Assembly: GCF_963921235.1 (NCBI RefSeq)
Contig: NC_086097.1
Span: 103,852,001-103,916,000, forward strand
Length of the DNA: 64,000 nt
Reading direction: 5' to 3'
Source of the DNA: Mobula hypostoma
Lineage: Eukaryota
Below are positions 1-14,618 of the stretch, in pieces; positions within the stretch are counted from its first letter, which is position 1, and each line of letters begins with the position of its first letter. Position numbers and translations under genes: made by a program. The notes beneath the pieces were generated by a model that saw only the letters and a list, made by a program, of their open reading frames with translations, made no database searches and had not been told where the DNA came from.

Positions 1-604
1 TGAACCCTGGTTGCTAATGAGGCTACTCTGGGAAATGCAGACTTTTCCAGAGGTGGGACAAAAGATGACCAATAGGGTGAGCGTGCAGCAGTTTGAAGGG
101 TGCTCCACTTCTTTTGCCAGTATGGTAATGTAGTGGCTTCTCATGCATGGCCTCAGGATCACAGTGCCATCCCAAATGCTCTTTCTCAATTGAGCAGTTA
201 TGGGCTGAAACTTCAGGGGTCAGTGAGAAAGTTAGATTTTTCTCCTCCAAGGAGATTTAAGCACAGCTTTGACCTTTTTCTCTATCCAGCTGATAATCTC
301 TTTTCAACAGAGTTGAATAGACTATTCAGAATGGAGTATTCCCATTGTTTCAGTATTGTTCTTATCCCTCTTCTACCTAGCCTCTCCCACTTTCTTCTTC
401 TACTCTCCTTATAAGTACATCAATTATATTTCCAACATCTCCATTACCTCCAAGAGTTCCCAGCCTCCCTGTCACAACCAGTTAATTTTCATGAATGATG
501 TCCAACTCATTCCACACCTGCACAACCTAAGCATTGTTCCATTTTGCACAAATGCCTAACAGGTAAACTTGTTCTCAGAAATAATATGATTCACTTCCTC
601 CAAA

Positions 605-1050
605 TCCATACAGTAATAATGCACAGATAGAGGCACTTTGGCACAGTGAGCCCACGCCAGTCACCGTGCCTACCCAGCTAGTCCCAATTTCCATCCTCAG
701 CCAATATCCCTCCAAACCCCACCCCTCCATGCACTTATCCAAGTGTTTCTTAAATGGTATTGTATCGGCCTCAACCACAACTCCTAGCAGCTCACTCCAT
801 ATATTTACCACATTGTGTGAATTTTTTTCCCCTCAGGTAACTTATTCTTTCTCTCTCTCTCACTCTAAACCAATTTGAACTCTCCTACCTGGTAAAAAGA
901 CTGTTACTGATCACCTTATCTACACCTCTCATAACTTTAAACATTTCTATAAGGTTGCCCTCTCATTCTCCTACATTCCAAGGAATCAAGACCTAGCACA
1001 CCAACCTTTCCCTATAACTCAGACCCTCTAGTACTGGCAGTGTCCTCACC
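605..1050 (-). mobile_element. Decayed CR1 LINE 3' fragment
   Basis: Minus-strand ORF remnant VNIWSELLGVVVEADTIPFKKHLDKCM plus CR1-type 3'UTR. Confidence 0.7.
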
Positions 1051-1929
1051 AACCTCCAAATTCATCAGCCTACACGACATCACAGCTAGACATCTTCCCC
1101 TCCACTCTTTCCCCACTTCCAAGAGGACCATGCCCTCTGCCAGGTTCCACCTCACAGCACATTCCCACCAACTATAGAAGGTGGAACACCTGCCCTTTCA
1201 TCCCTTCCCATCCTTTTAACTAGGGACTCTGGTTTTCCTGGTGAAACTCAATTTACCCGCAGGTCCTCCAGTTTACTAGATTGCATTCACCGCTCACAAT
1301 GTGATTCCCTCTGAAATGGAGGTCTTAACAATGATTCCAGCCTTTCAATTGATCCTCATTCCATCCTGCTTTTGATCTGACCTCTCAACCTTTGATCACC
1401 TTCATGATTGCAACAAACTCTTTGGGAAGACAACAGCAGACACTTTCCCAATACAGATATTGTTCTCTACCTCTAATTCAATGAACATCCCTTCGTGTTT
1501 TAACAACCTCCAATGCAGCTAAGCTCAGATTAATTTGTAATTAATTTGTGAACTCTCAAGATGAGCTTTTTTTTAAAAATCTACAGTGATTCTTATAAAG
1601 AATATGGCAAAAAAAGCAGAAAGAGTTGGCTACATTAAAAGAAAAAGCTTTCACCCAATCCTATTCATTCAATTAATCAAATCCCAGTCTGTCACATCCT
1701 GCAATTTTAAAAGGATGTGAATTAAAGAGGCTCTTTTATCGCCAATTCTGATACAGTGAACTCCTGTTAATTGGGCCATCGATTAATTGGGACAGCCAAT
1801 TATTTGGGTCAACTCAAAGAACAAAAACTAATCATAAAAAGAGCCAGGAATCCCTTCATTTATTTGGGATTCTAGACTGCTTAGCAGGGAGAGAACACTG
1901 TTGTCGAACAGTTTGTAACTAGTGTCAGT

Positions 1930-2580
1930 CAGTGGTGAGGAAGGCAAATGCGATGTTAACATTCATTTCGAGAGGACTGGAGTACAAAAGCAAGGATGTA
2001 ATATTGAGACTTTACAAGGCACTGGTGAGGGCTCACTTGGAGTATTGTAAGCAGTTTTGAGCCTTTTATCTAAGAAAGCATGTGATGACATTGGAGAGGG
2101 TTCAAAGGAGGTTCACAAAAATGATTCCAGGATTGAAAGGCTTGTCAAATGAAGAACATTTGATGGCTCTGCACCTGTACTCAATGGAATTTAGAAGAAT
2201 GAGTGGAGATCTCATTGAAACCTATCGAACCTTGAAAGGCCTCAAAAGAGTGGAAGTGGAGAAGGTGCTTCCTATGGTGGTGGAGTCTAATAGTCTCAGA
2301 ATAGAGGGACAAACCTTTAGAACAGAGATGAGTAATTTCTTTAGCCAGAGGGTGGTGAATCTGTGGAATTCATTTCCACTGGCAGCTGTGGAAGCCAAGC
2401 CATTGCGCATGTTTTAGGCAGAGGTTGATAAATTCTTGATTAGTCAGAGCAAGAAGGGATATAGAGAGAAGGTAGGAGATTGGGGCTGAGAGGGAAATGG
2501 ATTAGCCGTGATGAAATGGAGGAGCAGACTTGATGAGCCATATGACCAAATTCTGCTCCTATATCATATAGTCTTATGGT
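1930..2580 (+). mobile_element. CR1 LINE 3' fragment
   Basis: LERVQRRFTKMIPG...FFSQRVVNLWNS C-terminal motifs, TCTTATGG tail; GTCAGT repeated at both junctions. Confidence 0.85.
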
Positions 2581-2874
2581 CAGTTGTATGAACTTGTGTA
2601 GCTGTTACACATTACACCATATTTAAGAGTGAAGAGCTTTTAAGTAGCATTATTATGTGCACTTGTGTTCAAAAAACAGTGATTTTGTCACTGATAGTCT
2701 GCTAGAAATAAGCAGCAAAACAACTCTGGACTGCTTTGCTCACTGTGGTTTCAAGCATTCAGAATTGGAAATGCCAGAAACAACCAGAAGTGAAAATGAA
2801 ATGATTTCACTATTTCAATAAGTTAAGAACTACAAAGAATTTGAAGGACTCAGCAATCATCTTGAATATTACCT

Positions 2875-3320
2875 TTGATTCCTGCTGGACACTCAGCTCT
2901 GAACTGTAGCTCCAAGTAGTTGTTTGCATGCAACACAGCCTCACCCTGGCACACTGCTTCAACTAACAAGCTAAATCAGGTGAGGATAGCTGTTGGGTCT
3001 CATACCCCGGTAAGATAGGGATACACCTATGCTAGTAAGCAAAGTCAGCTCCAGTGGACTGGCGAGTGTGATCTACAGTGAGATCCAACAGCCAGGAAGG
3101 CAGTTCTGCAAAGCTATGTGGAGAACAAATGCATGACGAGGCACAGTAGTCATGGTCATTCACTGCAAACAGGGAAAACCCCAGTTATGACACCTATTCG
3201 TACTACTTGGCCCAGACTTCGGAGGTCGAGAGTGGAACTGCCCCAGTGCAACGGCTTTTCCATTTTAAAAACTCTCCCACATAGGTTTCCTGTCATCATC
3301 AGATATGACAGGCAACCATC
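2875..3320 (+). mobile_element. Probable RTE-related SINE/5'UTR-like fragment
   Basis: GC-richer block interrupting the DNA transposon; resembles the repeat style at 13070-13690. Family uncertain. Confidence 0.35.
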
Positions 3321-3954
3321 AGTAGTATTGACAGTGGTTTAATTTGTTCTGTATTTCATTTAAATACATAATTTATTATTCTGTTAAATACTACTTTGTC
3401 TTTTTTATACTGTTATTTCCATGAAACTTCAGCTAATTGGGGTAGTCACTTAATTGGGCCAAAATGTACAGGTCCTAATGTGTCCCAATTAACCAGAATC
3501 CAGTGTGTTACATTAACCAGACCAAAACTGATACTGCTTTTTGTGAAAGGTTAGAATCAAACACCAAATTTAAGTAAAGCTGAAGCTGTTAAGATCTATC
3601 AACATTCAGTGGCTTAGTTAAACCAACATTCTTTCCTGCTCAGATTGTGATGACACAATTAGACATGTAGAACAATTCTCCAGGGACATTGTACTTATGA
3701 TGTAAATTTTGAAATCATCAATACTGGGAATCTGAAAAAAATTACATTGGGCATGCTAGAAAAACAGCAGGTCTGTTGAAGAGTCACAAACCTGAAGTGT
3801 CAATTGTTTTCTTTTTCAAAGATGTTGCCTAACCTGCTGAGTTTTTTCAGCGTTTCTGCGCTTGGCATGTAGTTGTTCAGGTAAAATGTTGAAATGTTGT
3901 GTACAGACAAAATCCTTAATTTCCCTGGATCATGAAACAAAAATAAGCACTGAC

Positions 3955-4024
3955 CTTGACATTCCTGATGCTGGCAACTTTGTCATCCACCTTCACAATT
4001 ATACTTGAGCCTTCTGCAAGTTCT
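3955..4024 (-). CDS. STARD9: Coding exon 2 of STARD9 (70 nt)
   Basis: Acceptor tcattctccAG|A-GAA-CTT..., donor AAG|GTCAGT. The phase-2 junction completes AGA (R), giving RELAEGSSIIVKVDDKVASIRNVK, similar to STARD9 RETKEGGRIIVEVDGKVAKIRNLK. Exon 3 was not found in 1-3954, so it probably lies outside the window. Confidence 0.92.
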
Positions 4025-4843
4025 CTGGAGAATGACATGGACATGATTATTGCAAACTGCAAATACCACAAGAACATTGACTAGATAGATATAGTCAAAT
4101 ATATATATAATAACTCCTTACTCCAGTCGCATGAAGTACTGCATTGGAATAATTATAAAACATTTTGGAAATAATACATAATGAATGGATACTTTGCTAC
4201 ATACACAACCAAGAAATAAATAATTTTAAATTCACAATCTACAAGTAGCTACGAAAGTAATCTCCAGATTAACATGTAAAATTTATATCTGGTGATCTCA
4301 ATCAGCTCAAAACATAGAATCAAAGTTTAAACTGTTGCAGTGTTAAGTCTTAGGACTAACCTAGTTTGTGCTCACTGCTGATCATCCTCACCAAGGCAGA
4401 AATTCAGAAACAGAAGAAACAATGCAGAGCTATTCATTAATCATAAAGGGACAGTGAGGAAGATATTTGCATGGTAAACTACTTCAATACTCAGCAAATA
4501 ATAAACAGATGACCACTGCCTTAAAGGAATTTACAATGCTAGAAAATGGTCCATGTTGTAATTCTCTGTAACAAGAAGCTACGCTATGTGTGCAGGTATT
4601 GAGAAATACAAATTCAAAAAAGTGTATTTACTTAATTTTTTCACCACATAGAACAAGACCAACTTCATTGAACATATCAAATGTTTGGTAGTGACTTGTA
4701 AAATCTATCAGGGCAAGTTTCCATTACTCAAACAGCCATAACGTGGGGGACATTTAATGAAACAGAGGAGGGAAAATATTTGTACACGTCAATTGGAATG
4801 CTGTTTAAACATAGTTAGAAAACCAATATTACAATTATATACG

Positions 4844-5270
4844 CAAACATGAGGAAATCTGAAGATGCTGGAAATTCAAGCAACACACACAACATGCTGG
4901 TGGAACGCAGCAGGCCAGGCAGCATCTATAGGAAGAAGTGCAGGCGACGTTTCGGGTTGAGACCCTTCATCAGGACTGACTGAAAGAAGAGATAGTAAAG
5001 ATCCAAAATGATAGGAGAAGACAGGAGGGGGAGGGATGGAGCTAAGAGCTGGAAAGTTGACTGGCGAAAGGGATAGGAGGCTGGAGAAGGGAGAGGATCA
5101 TGGGACGTGAGGCCTAGGGAGAAAGAAAGGGGGAGGGGAGCAGAGAAAGATGGAGAGCAGGCAAAGAGTTATTGTGAGAGGGACAGAGAGAGAGAAAAGA
5201 GGAGAAAAAGAGGAGAAAAAAAGGAAAAAAGAATAAATAAGGGATGGGGTAAGAAGGGGAGGAGGGACAC
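4844..5270 (-). mobile_element. Penelope-like element terminal (pseudo-LTR) fragment
   Basis: Reverse-complement homolog of 11780-12160; contains a hammerhead motif. Confidence 0.8.
4942..4977 (-). ncRNA. Minimal hammerhead ribozyme motif (Penelope-type)
   Basis: AGTC-CTGATGA-A-GGG(TCTCAA)CCC-GAAAC-GTC-GCCT. The CUGAnGA/GAAA core and GUC triplet are intact; stem I has one mismatch. Confidence 0.7.
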
Positions 5271-6167
5271 TGCATGACTAAGAAAATCTCTCAATTTAAA
5301 CTGTAACATCTTGACAATAAAGGTCAATTGTTTTGCCAACTACTCAATGAACCTATCTGCTAACATTGAGTGACACGTGCACTATAACAAGATCCTACTG
5401 AACATCACTCCTTTGCAGTCTCTTTCCATATAGATAACAATCTGATATGTAATTCCCCTTACTTCATTCCTTCACAATTCCCCACATTAACTGCATTTGC
5501 ACATAGGTTAGGTTAGTTAATCACTATAAAGTGTGCGGAGTGTTTAGGTGAGTGTAAAATCTGGGGGAAGTTGATGAGAATGTGTGGAGAATAAAATGGG
5601 TTTAATACAGCATTTGCTTTTCAAAATTTCTAATGCCTGAATCTGACTTTGCGCTACATTTTACTAACTTATTGTATCAACATTGCAAGGTTGCATTTGC
5701 TCATCCCATAATACCTGCAATCTCAAAAAATTCTCATTGCCCTGCCTCAATACTTTCATAGCTTCTTTCCTCCAAGTGTAATTTGCAGCCTTACTTCCAT
5801 GCCGAAATTCTCCATCTGTCTAATTCTGGCTTTTCAAAGCAGCAACTAATTTACTTACCTCACTATTGCCTTTGCTGTGGAATTGGCAGCAAAACCCCCA
5901 AAACCTAGCCAAAACTATAGAAACAGCTCTAAAACTCTCTATCCCAGTTCTAGTCTTCCTTAAAGTTGAGGTTTCAGTTGCTCCTCCGAAGCTCTACTGC
6001 CTTGGCCAACATCTAATTCTGTCTGATTGCAACTCAATGAAGTACTTCAAGTGATTTTCAGGTTAAAACACTGCATTAAGAGCAGATGCTATGCTGGCAT
6101 CCAGAAGTGACTGTGACCATTTTCTTTGCAGAATATCAGTTATACACTGCTTTTTTTAATATATGTA

Positions 6168-6576
6168 CAGCACTGTGCAAAAGTCTGAGGCACATGTAAA
6201 AATAAGATCTGTAAAGCGAAGATGCTTTCAAAGATAATGAAATAAAACATTTCAAAATTATCAGAAAATTTACTAGAAACAGCAGTATGCTGTGAAAAAA
6301 ACTAAATCAAGTCAATACTTGGCCTTTAAAGCTACATGAATTCTCTCAGGTACACTGTGTGCAGTTTTATAAGAAAATCAGATGGTAGGTTGTTCCAAGC
6401 ATCTTGGAGAACTTGCCACAGATTTTCTGTAGACATTGGCTGTCTTGCTTGCTTCTGTCTCCCTAGGTAATTCCAGGCAGCCTCGAAGATCTTGAGGTCA
6501 GGGTTCTGTGAAGGACATACCATCTGAATCCATATTAAAAAAATCTATCGTGCCCAAAACCTTTTGCACAGTATTA
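6168..6576 (-). mobile_element. Non-autonomous Tc1-like element with transposase C-terminal remnant
   Basis: TIRs CAGCACTGTGCAAAAG / CTTTTGCACAGTATT; minus ORF PSQNPDLKIFEAAWNYL resembles WPxQSPDLNPIE. Confidence 0.7.
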
Positions 6577-7063
6577 TACTTAAACAAGTGGTAATAAAAT
6601 TCAAGTCAAAAATCAGATCATTGATTCAGACATTAAAATAAAATAGCTCTTCAAATTGCAGGCTAGTGATCAATTTATATTCAAAGTCACAATTTAAATA
6701 TTAAGTTTAAAGGCAAACAGAGAAGAAGAAAATATGCTATCAAAAATTGACTTGTGTAATGTGGATTAAAGAGTAAAACAAGTGCTCTGGATTTGCTCAT
6801 TCTCAGCAATCAACTGGATAAGACATGAAGCAAAAGAAAATAGAGATTCAAAATGACCAAAACCTTAAACTTGTGAGCATACATTTTGATAGAGTATATA
6901 ATGAGAGCAAATTGAGATAAACTGCTCTGGCTGGCAGATGGGGCAGTACCACTGCACACTGCAGAGAAAAACAAGCAGAAGAATTAAGATGGAGAGAAAG
7001 CACCCCTTTATAAATTACAATTACTGTAAGTTGAAATTCGTAGGCTGAAAAATGGTGCATATA

Positions 7064-9691
<2,628 letters not shown>

Positions 9692-10626
9692 TAGGTTTGA
9701 CAGTAACTTATGGTAGGGAATCATGGAGTGTTAGAAATACAGCAGAAATCAGCCCTTCAACGCACCAGGTCTGTACTGACCATCGAGCAACATTTACAAA
9801 TACTACATTAATCTAGCTCATCTTCAAGGAAGATTAATCTAAATAACAAAAGCAGCTCCTGATCTCGTACTTTTCTCTGCAAAAGTCATCTTACACATCT
9901 GCTCTGTAAAAAGGAAGCAATCACACCTAAAAGCTGAATCGATCTCTTTCCCTGAACTGTCAATTCTGTGTACAACTCAACGTAAAGCAACTTCTCCATT
10001 TTCTCTCATTAAACAAGCCCAACTCCCCCTCTGTACAATGTATTGCCCAATAAGATGTGGCAATTAGTTTGGTGATCATCCACTCACAATAGGCTAAAAA
10101 AAATTAAAGCAATGAAAATAATTAGCAATGAGCTGCTGTTGAGTTCTATTACTACAGCTATGCCTTCTCTTGGATGATACAAGAAGTTGAAACTATGTCT
10201 CCTCTCCCTAAACAATCCCATGCTACAGAGCCAAGAACATTCTTCTCAGCATGCTGGATAATAGTTATCCCATAAACAAGGCAGCTTGTCATTTCTGCTT
10301 GCAAGAGCCAAACTGTAATTTTCACATTACAACAGTGAGACTTCCAAAGTTGTGAAGAGCTTTGGTTCATCCTAGAATTCAAAAAGATTTTATTTCATTG
10401 CAGTTCTGAAGGAGAATATTATACTGCAGTGATTAAGAAGGAAAGTTCACTATTTTATGGACTACAACATTTACAGGCTCTTCTTACTTCCCTTCGAGGT
10501 TCTCCATGTCAATGCAAAATAGAATTATAAATGATGTATTCTATTTGATAATTGACACTTTAGTTGGACTATAGTATGTAACATATTAATTTCATAAACA
10601 TTTTTTAAGCATGGTCGGTACATTCC

Positions 10627-12160
10627 TCATTCTGAAATATGGGTCCCAGCTATGCCTGCCTTTTTGTTGGCTTTGTGGAACAATCCATGTTCCAAGCCTA
10701 TATTGGTATCTGTCCCCCACTCTTCCTTCACTACATCGATGACTGTGTTGGCGCTGCTTCCTGCACGCATGCTGAGCTTGTTGACTTCATTAACTTTGAC
10801 TCCAACTTTCACCCTGCCCTCAAGCCTAAAAAAAGTTTACCTGGTCCATTTCTGACACCTCCCTCCCTTTTCTTGATCTTTCTGTCTCTGTCTCTGGAAG
10901 CAGCTTGTCTACTGATGTCTACTATAAGCCTATGGACTCTCACAGCTACCTGGACTATTCCTCTTCCCACCCTGTCTCTTGCAAAAATGCCATCCCCTTC
11001 TCGCAATTCCTCTGTCTCCACCGCATCTGTTCTCAGGATGAGGCTTTTCATTCCAGGACAAAGGAGATGTCCTCCTTTTTTAAAGAAAGGGGCTTCCCTT
11101 CCTCCACCATCAACTGTGTTCTCAAACGCATCTCTCCCATTTCACGATCTGCTCTCACCCATCCTCCTGCCACCCCACTAGGAATAGGGTTCTCCTTGTC
11201 CTCATCTACCACCCCACCAGCCTCCGGGTCCAACATATAATTCTCCGTAACTTCCGCCACCTCCAGCGGGATCCCACCACTAAGCACATCTTCCCCCCCC
11301 CCCCACTTTCTGCTTTCCGCAGGAATCACTCCCTTGTCCATTCATCCCCCCCATCCCTTCCCACCGATCTCCCTCCCGGCACTTATCCTTGTAAGCGGAA
11401 CAAGTGCTACACATGCCCTTACACTTCCTCCCTCACCACCATTCAGGGCCCCAGACAGTCCTTCTAGGCGAGATGACACTTCACCTGTGAGTCGGCTGGG
11501 GTGATATACTGCGTCTGGTGCTCCCGATGTGGCCTTCTATATATTGGCAAGACCATTTCGTTGAACACCTACACTCTGTCCGCCAGAGAAAGCAGGATCT
11601 CCCAGTGGCCACACATTTTAATTCCACGTCCTATTCCCATTCTGATAAGTCTACCCACGGTCTCCTCTACTGTCAAGATGAAGCCACACTCAGGTTGGAG
11701 GAACAACACCTTATATTCCGTCTGGGTAGCCTCCAACCTGATGGCATGAACATTGACTTCTGTAACTTCCGTTAATGCCCCACCTCCCCTTCATACTCCA
11801 TCTCTTATTTATTTATTATTATTTTTTTTTATTCCTTTTTCTCTCTTTTTTTCTCCCTCTGTCCCTTGCCCATCCTCTGGGCTCCCCCCCCCCCCCGTTC
11901 TCTCTCCCTCGGCCTCCCGTCCCATGATCCTCTCCCTTCTCCAGCCTCCTATTCCTTTTGCCAAACAACTTTCCAGCTCTTAGCTCCATCCCTCCCCCTC
12001 CTGTCTTCTCCTATCATTTTGGATCTCCCCCTCCCAAATCTCTTACTATCCTTTTTTCAGTTAGTCCTGACGAAGGGTCTCAGCCCGAAACAGCGACTGT
12101 ACCTCTTCCTAAGATGCTGCCTGGCCTGCTGCGTTCACCATCATGTTTTGTGTGTGTCTC
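10627..12160 (+). mobile_element. Penelope-like element (5'-truncated; RT plus GIY-YIG endonuclease, frameshifted)
   Basis: MGPSYACLFVG..YIDD RT motifs, TDVYYKP.DSHSYLDYSSSHP, GVIYCVWCSRCGLLYIG, LEEQHLIFRLGSLQPDGMN; hammerhead-bearing terminus. Confidence 0.92.
12063..12098 (+). ncRNA. Hammerhead ribozyme motif, cleavage triplet mutated
   Basis: AGTC-CTGACGA-A-GGG(TCTCAG)CCC-GAAAC-AGC-GACT; GUC is replaced by AGC. Confidence 0.6.
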
Positions 12161-12719
12161 TTATTGCTTTCATGGTTCAAAGTTGGAAGAAACATAGATT
12201 GAATATGCAATTCCCTTTTCTGTGCCTCTCCCCTTATGTATTATGGATCATCCTTGGGAGACTATTGTTCCAGGGGGATATACTATATATAAACAGTAAT
12301 TGCAAATTAAATGCTAATTTCTACAATGGCATATTGCCCCACTAAAATTCACACAGGAATACAGATCTGCAAAGGATTTTTTTCCTTCTCAGTAGAATAA
12401 AATCAAATACAAAACTTGAGTTCCAAGTTGTTCACAAAGAATACTTCATATGCTGGGAAAACCAACTCGGAACTCTTTCCAGTTCCCCTTGAAGCAGCTG
12501 GCTGCAAACCAAATGTGAAATTTAACAGGAACTACCTGCCCTGAAGGGGGTAGCAAGTGCAGGTGAGGAACATTCCCACACCTCCACTGATTGTGATGAA
12601 TCACAACACATCACAATAAAACTATGAAGCTGCTCAATTTCTGTTGTCTCAAAGGCAGTTCAGGTCACTTTTACTGATCATACTTCCTGTTGCTGAAACA
12701 CATGATCCATCTGTGTAAT

Positions 12720-13065
12720 GCTACAATACTTCAATTTAGACATTCGTGTGAGCAATGAAGCCATAGCTCCCTCAAAGTTGCCACACAACTTTGCAGGATT
12801 GGGTGATTGAGGAGGAGAATGGGTTGTTGGTAGTCATTAGTCAGAGGATTCAAGGGCCATGAGGTAAAGTTGCAGCTCTCATCTGGTCGCCTCATTATAA
12901 GAATGATGGGAAAGCTTTAGACAGGGTGCAGAGAGGAGATTTACCAGGATTTTGAGATTTCAAATTTTGAGAGCATGTCTTCTGAGGAAAGGTTCAGCAA
13001 GTTAGGGCTTTTCTCTTTAGAGCAAAAGATGATAGGTGACTTGATAGAGGTGTATAAGATTCGAA
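12720..13065 (+). mobile_element. Highly decayed CR1 fragment
   Basis: Remnants of RVQRRFTR and GDLIEVYKI motifs. Confidence 0.6.
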
Positions 13066-13069
13066 GTGT

Positions 13070-13690
13070 CAAAATGATTGTCGTGATGTGTCTAGTGTGG
13101 TAGTGTCGTGGGTAGTGCTTGCTGCTCTCACTTTCAGCTTCAACTGCTGGCTAGCAGTCTTGCAAAAGGAAAGCTGAATGTGTAGGTCTCTCCCTGCCAG
13201 TATATTTCCTCTCCAACAGCAAGCCTGATGTAGTGCCTCCTCACTGGTGACACACGGAAACTGAGCTCCTTTCGGACTCAGGCTGAACTGCAGAGGATAG
13301 GGAGGAGGTCTGGTCCCTGTACGCGTAGTACACAGGCCCACCGGCATGTGGACACACCCAGGTGCTCGTGAACCAGATCCCCAGTTATGGGTAAACAGCA
13401 ACTGCCTTGTGGGCAGTCTTAGGAGAGAAGGCGGCTGTGGGAGTAAACCCAGACAGCAAATCTGGAGTGGAGCCCCTAAGGCAGTTGGATGTCATTGAAC
13501 ATCCTTCCAGCAGCTCCTGCAGCCAAGCTGGTGCCAAACGTATTGCTTCATAAGCTTGCCTTTGAACTATACTGGTGAGGCTGGAGGTGGGGCGGGGGGG
13601 TGGTTCTTGATGACTAAGTATCTTCATACCTTCCACCTAGGCTTGTGATGATCACCATTGTCCTTCAAGATAGATAGATGCCAAATGCAA
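13070..13690 (+). mobile_element. RTE-like 5'UTR-derived repeat
   Basis: Shares GGAGTAAACCC..GGAGT/C motifs with the minus-strand copy at 49270-49845. Confidence 0.45.
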
Positions 13691-14618
13691 GGGAGGGGAG
13701 TTGGCCAAAGTGAACAGGAAGGAGATGCCTGCAGAGATTATAGCAGAGCAGCAATGGCGTGCATTTCTGGGAAAAGTGAGGAAGGTTCAGGATAGATGTA
13801 TTCCAAAACTGAAGAAATACTTAAATGGCAAAATAGTACATCCGTGACTGACAAGGGAAGTCAAAGCTAATGTAAAAGCAATAGAGCAGACATGCAACAA
13901 AGCAAAAATTAGTGGGAAGATAGAGGACTGAGAAGCTTTTAAAACCCTGCAGAGAGCAACTAAAAGAATCATTAGGAGGGAAACAGTGAAATATGAAAGC
14001 AAGCAAATAATATCAAAGTGGATAGTAAAAGCTTTTAAGTATGTAAATAAAAAATAAATAAAAAGATGAGAGTGGATATAGGACCACTAGAAATGAGGCT
14101 GGAAAAATAATAACAGGGGACAAAGAGTTGGGAGATGAACTAAATGAGTATTTTGCATCAGTCTTCACTGTGGAAGACACTAGCAATGTGCCAGATGCTG
14201 AAGGGTGTAAGGGTGTAAGGGAAGAGAAGTGAGTGCTGTTACTATTACAAGGGAGGAGGTGCTCATAAAAGGGTACACAAGTCACCTGAAGCAGATGAAC
14301 TGCACGCTAGGATACCGAAAGAGGTAGTGGTAGAGATTGTGGAGGCATTAGTAATGATCTTTCAAATATCATTGGACTCTGGTATGGTGTCGTGGACTGG
14401 AAAATTGCAAATGTCACTCCACTCTTTAAGAAAGGAGGAAGGCAGCAGGAAGGAAATTATTCACCAGTTTACCCGACCTAAGTGGTTGGGAAGATGTTGA
14501 AGTCAATTGTTAAGGAGGTTATTGAGTACTTGGTGACACAGGACAGGATAGGACAAAGTCAGCATGGTTTCTGAAGGGAAAATCTTACCTGACGAACCTG
14601 TCCGAATTCTTTGACGAG
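13690..14618 (+). mobile_element. CR1 LINE, 5' part (host of the L1 insertion)
   Basis: YFASVFT, WKIANVTPLFKKG, SQHGF, SYLTNL motifs; continues at 20055. Confidence 0.88.

Larger units (their letters stand above)
1754..3505. mobile_element. Tigger/pogo-like non-autonomous DNA transposon containing nested CR1 and RTE-like pieces
   Basis: TA|CAGTGAACTCCTGTTAATTGGG ... CCCAATTAACCAGAATCCAGTG terminal inverted repeats, with subterminal TAATTGGG repeats. Confidence 0.6.

Noticed and set aside
23..559. Short ORFs at the window start as STARD9 exon 3
   Set aside because: No FxFDYCYWS-like kinesin motif was found on the minus strand, and the frames are interrupted by stops.
4025..4056. Upstream alternative acceptor extending exon 2 (FAIIMSMSFS)
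   Set aside because: Incompatible with the phase-2 donor of exon 1; it would hit a stop.
10158..10382. Possible alternative STARD9 exon or small ORF
   Set aside because: No kinesin similarity, and exons 1 and 2 already join seamlessly.
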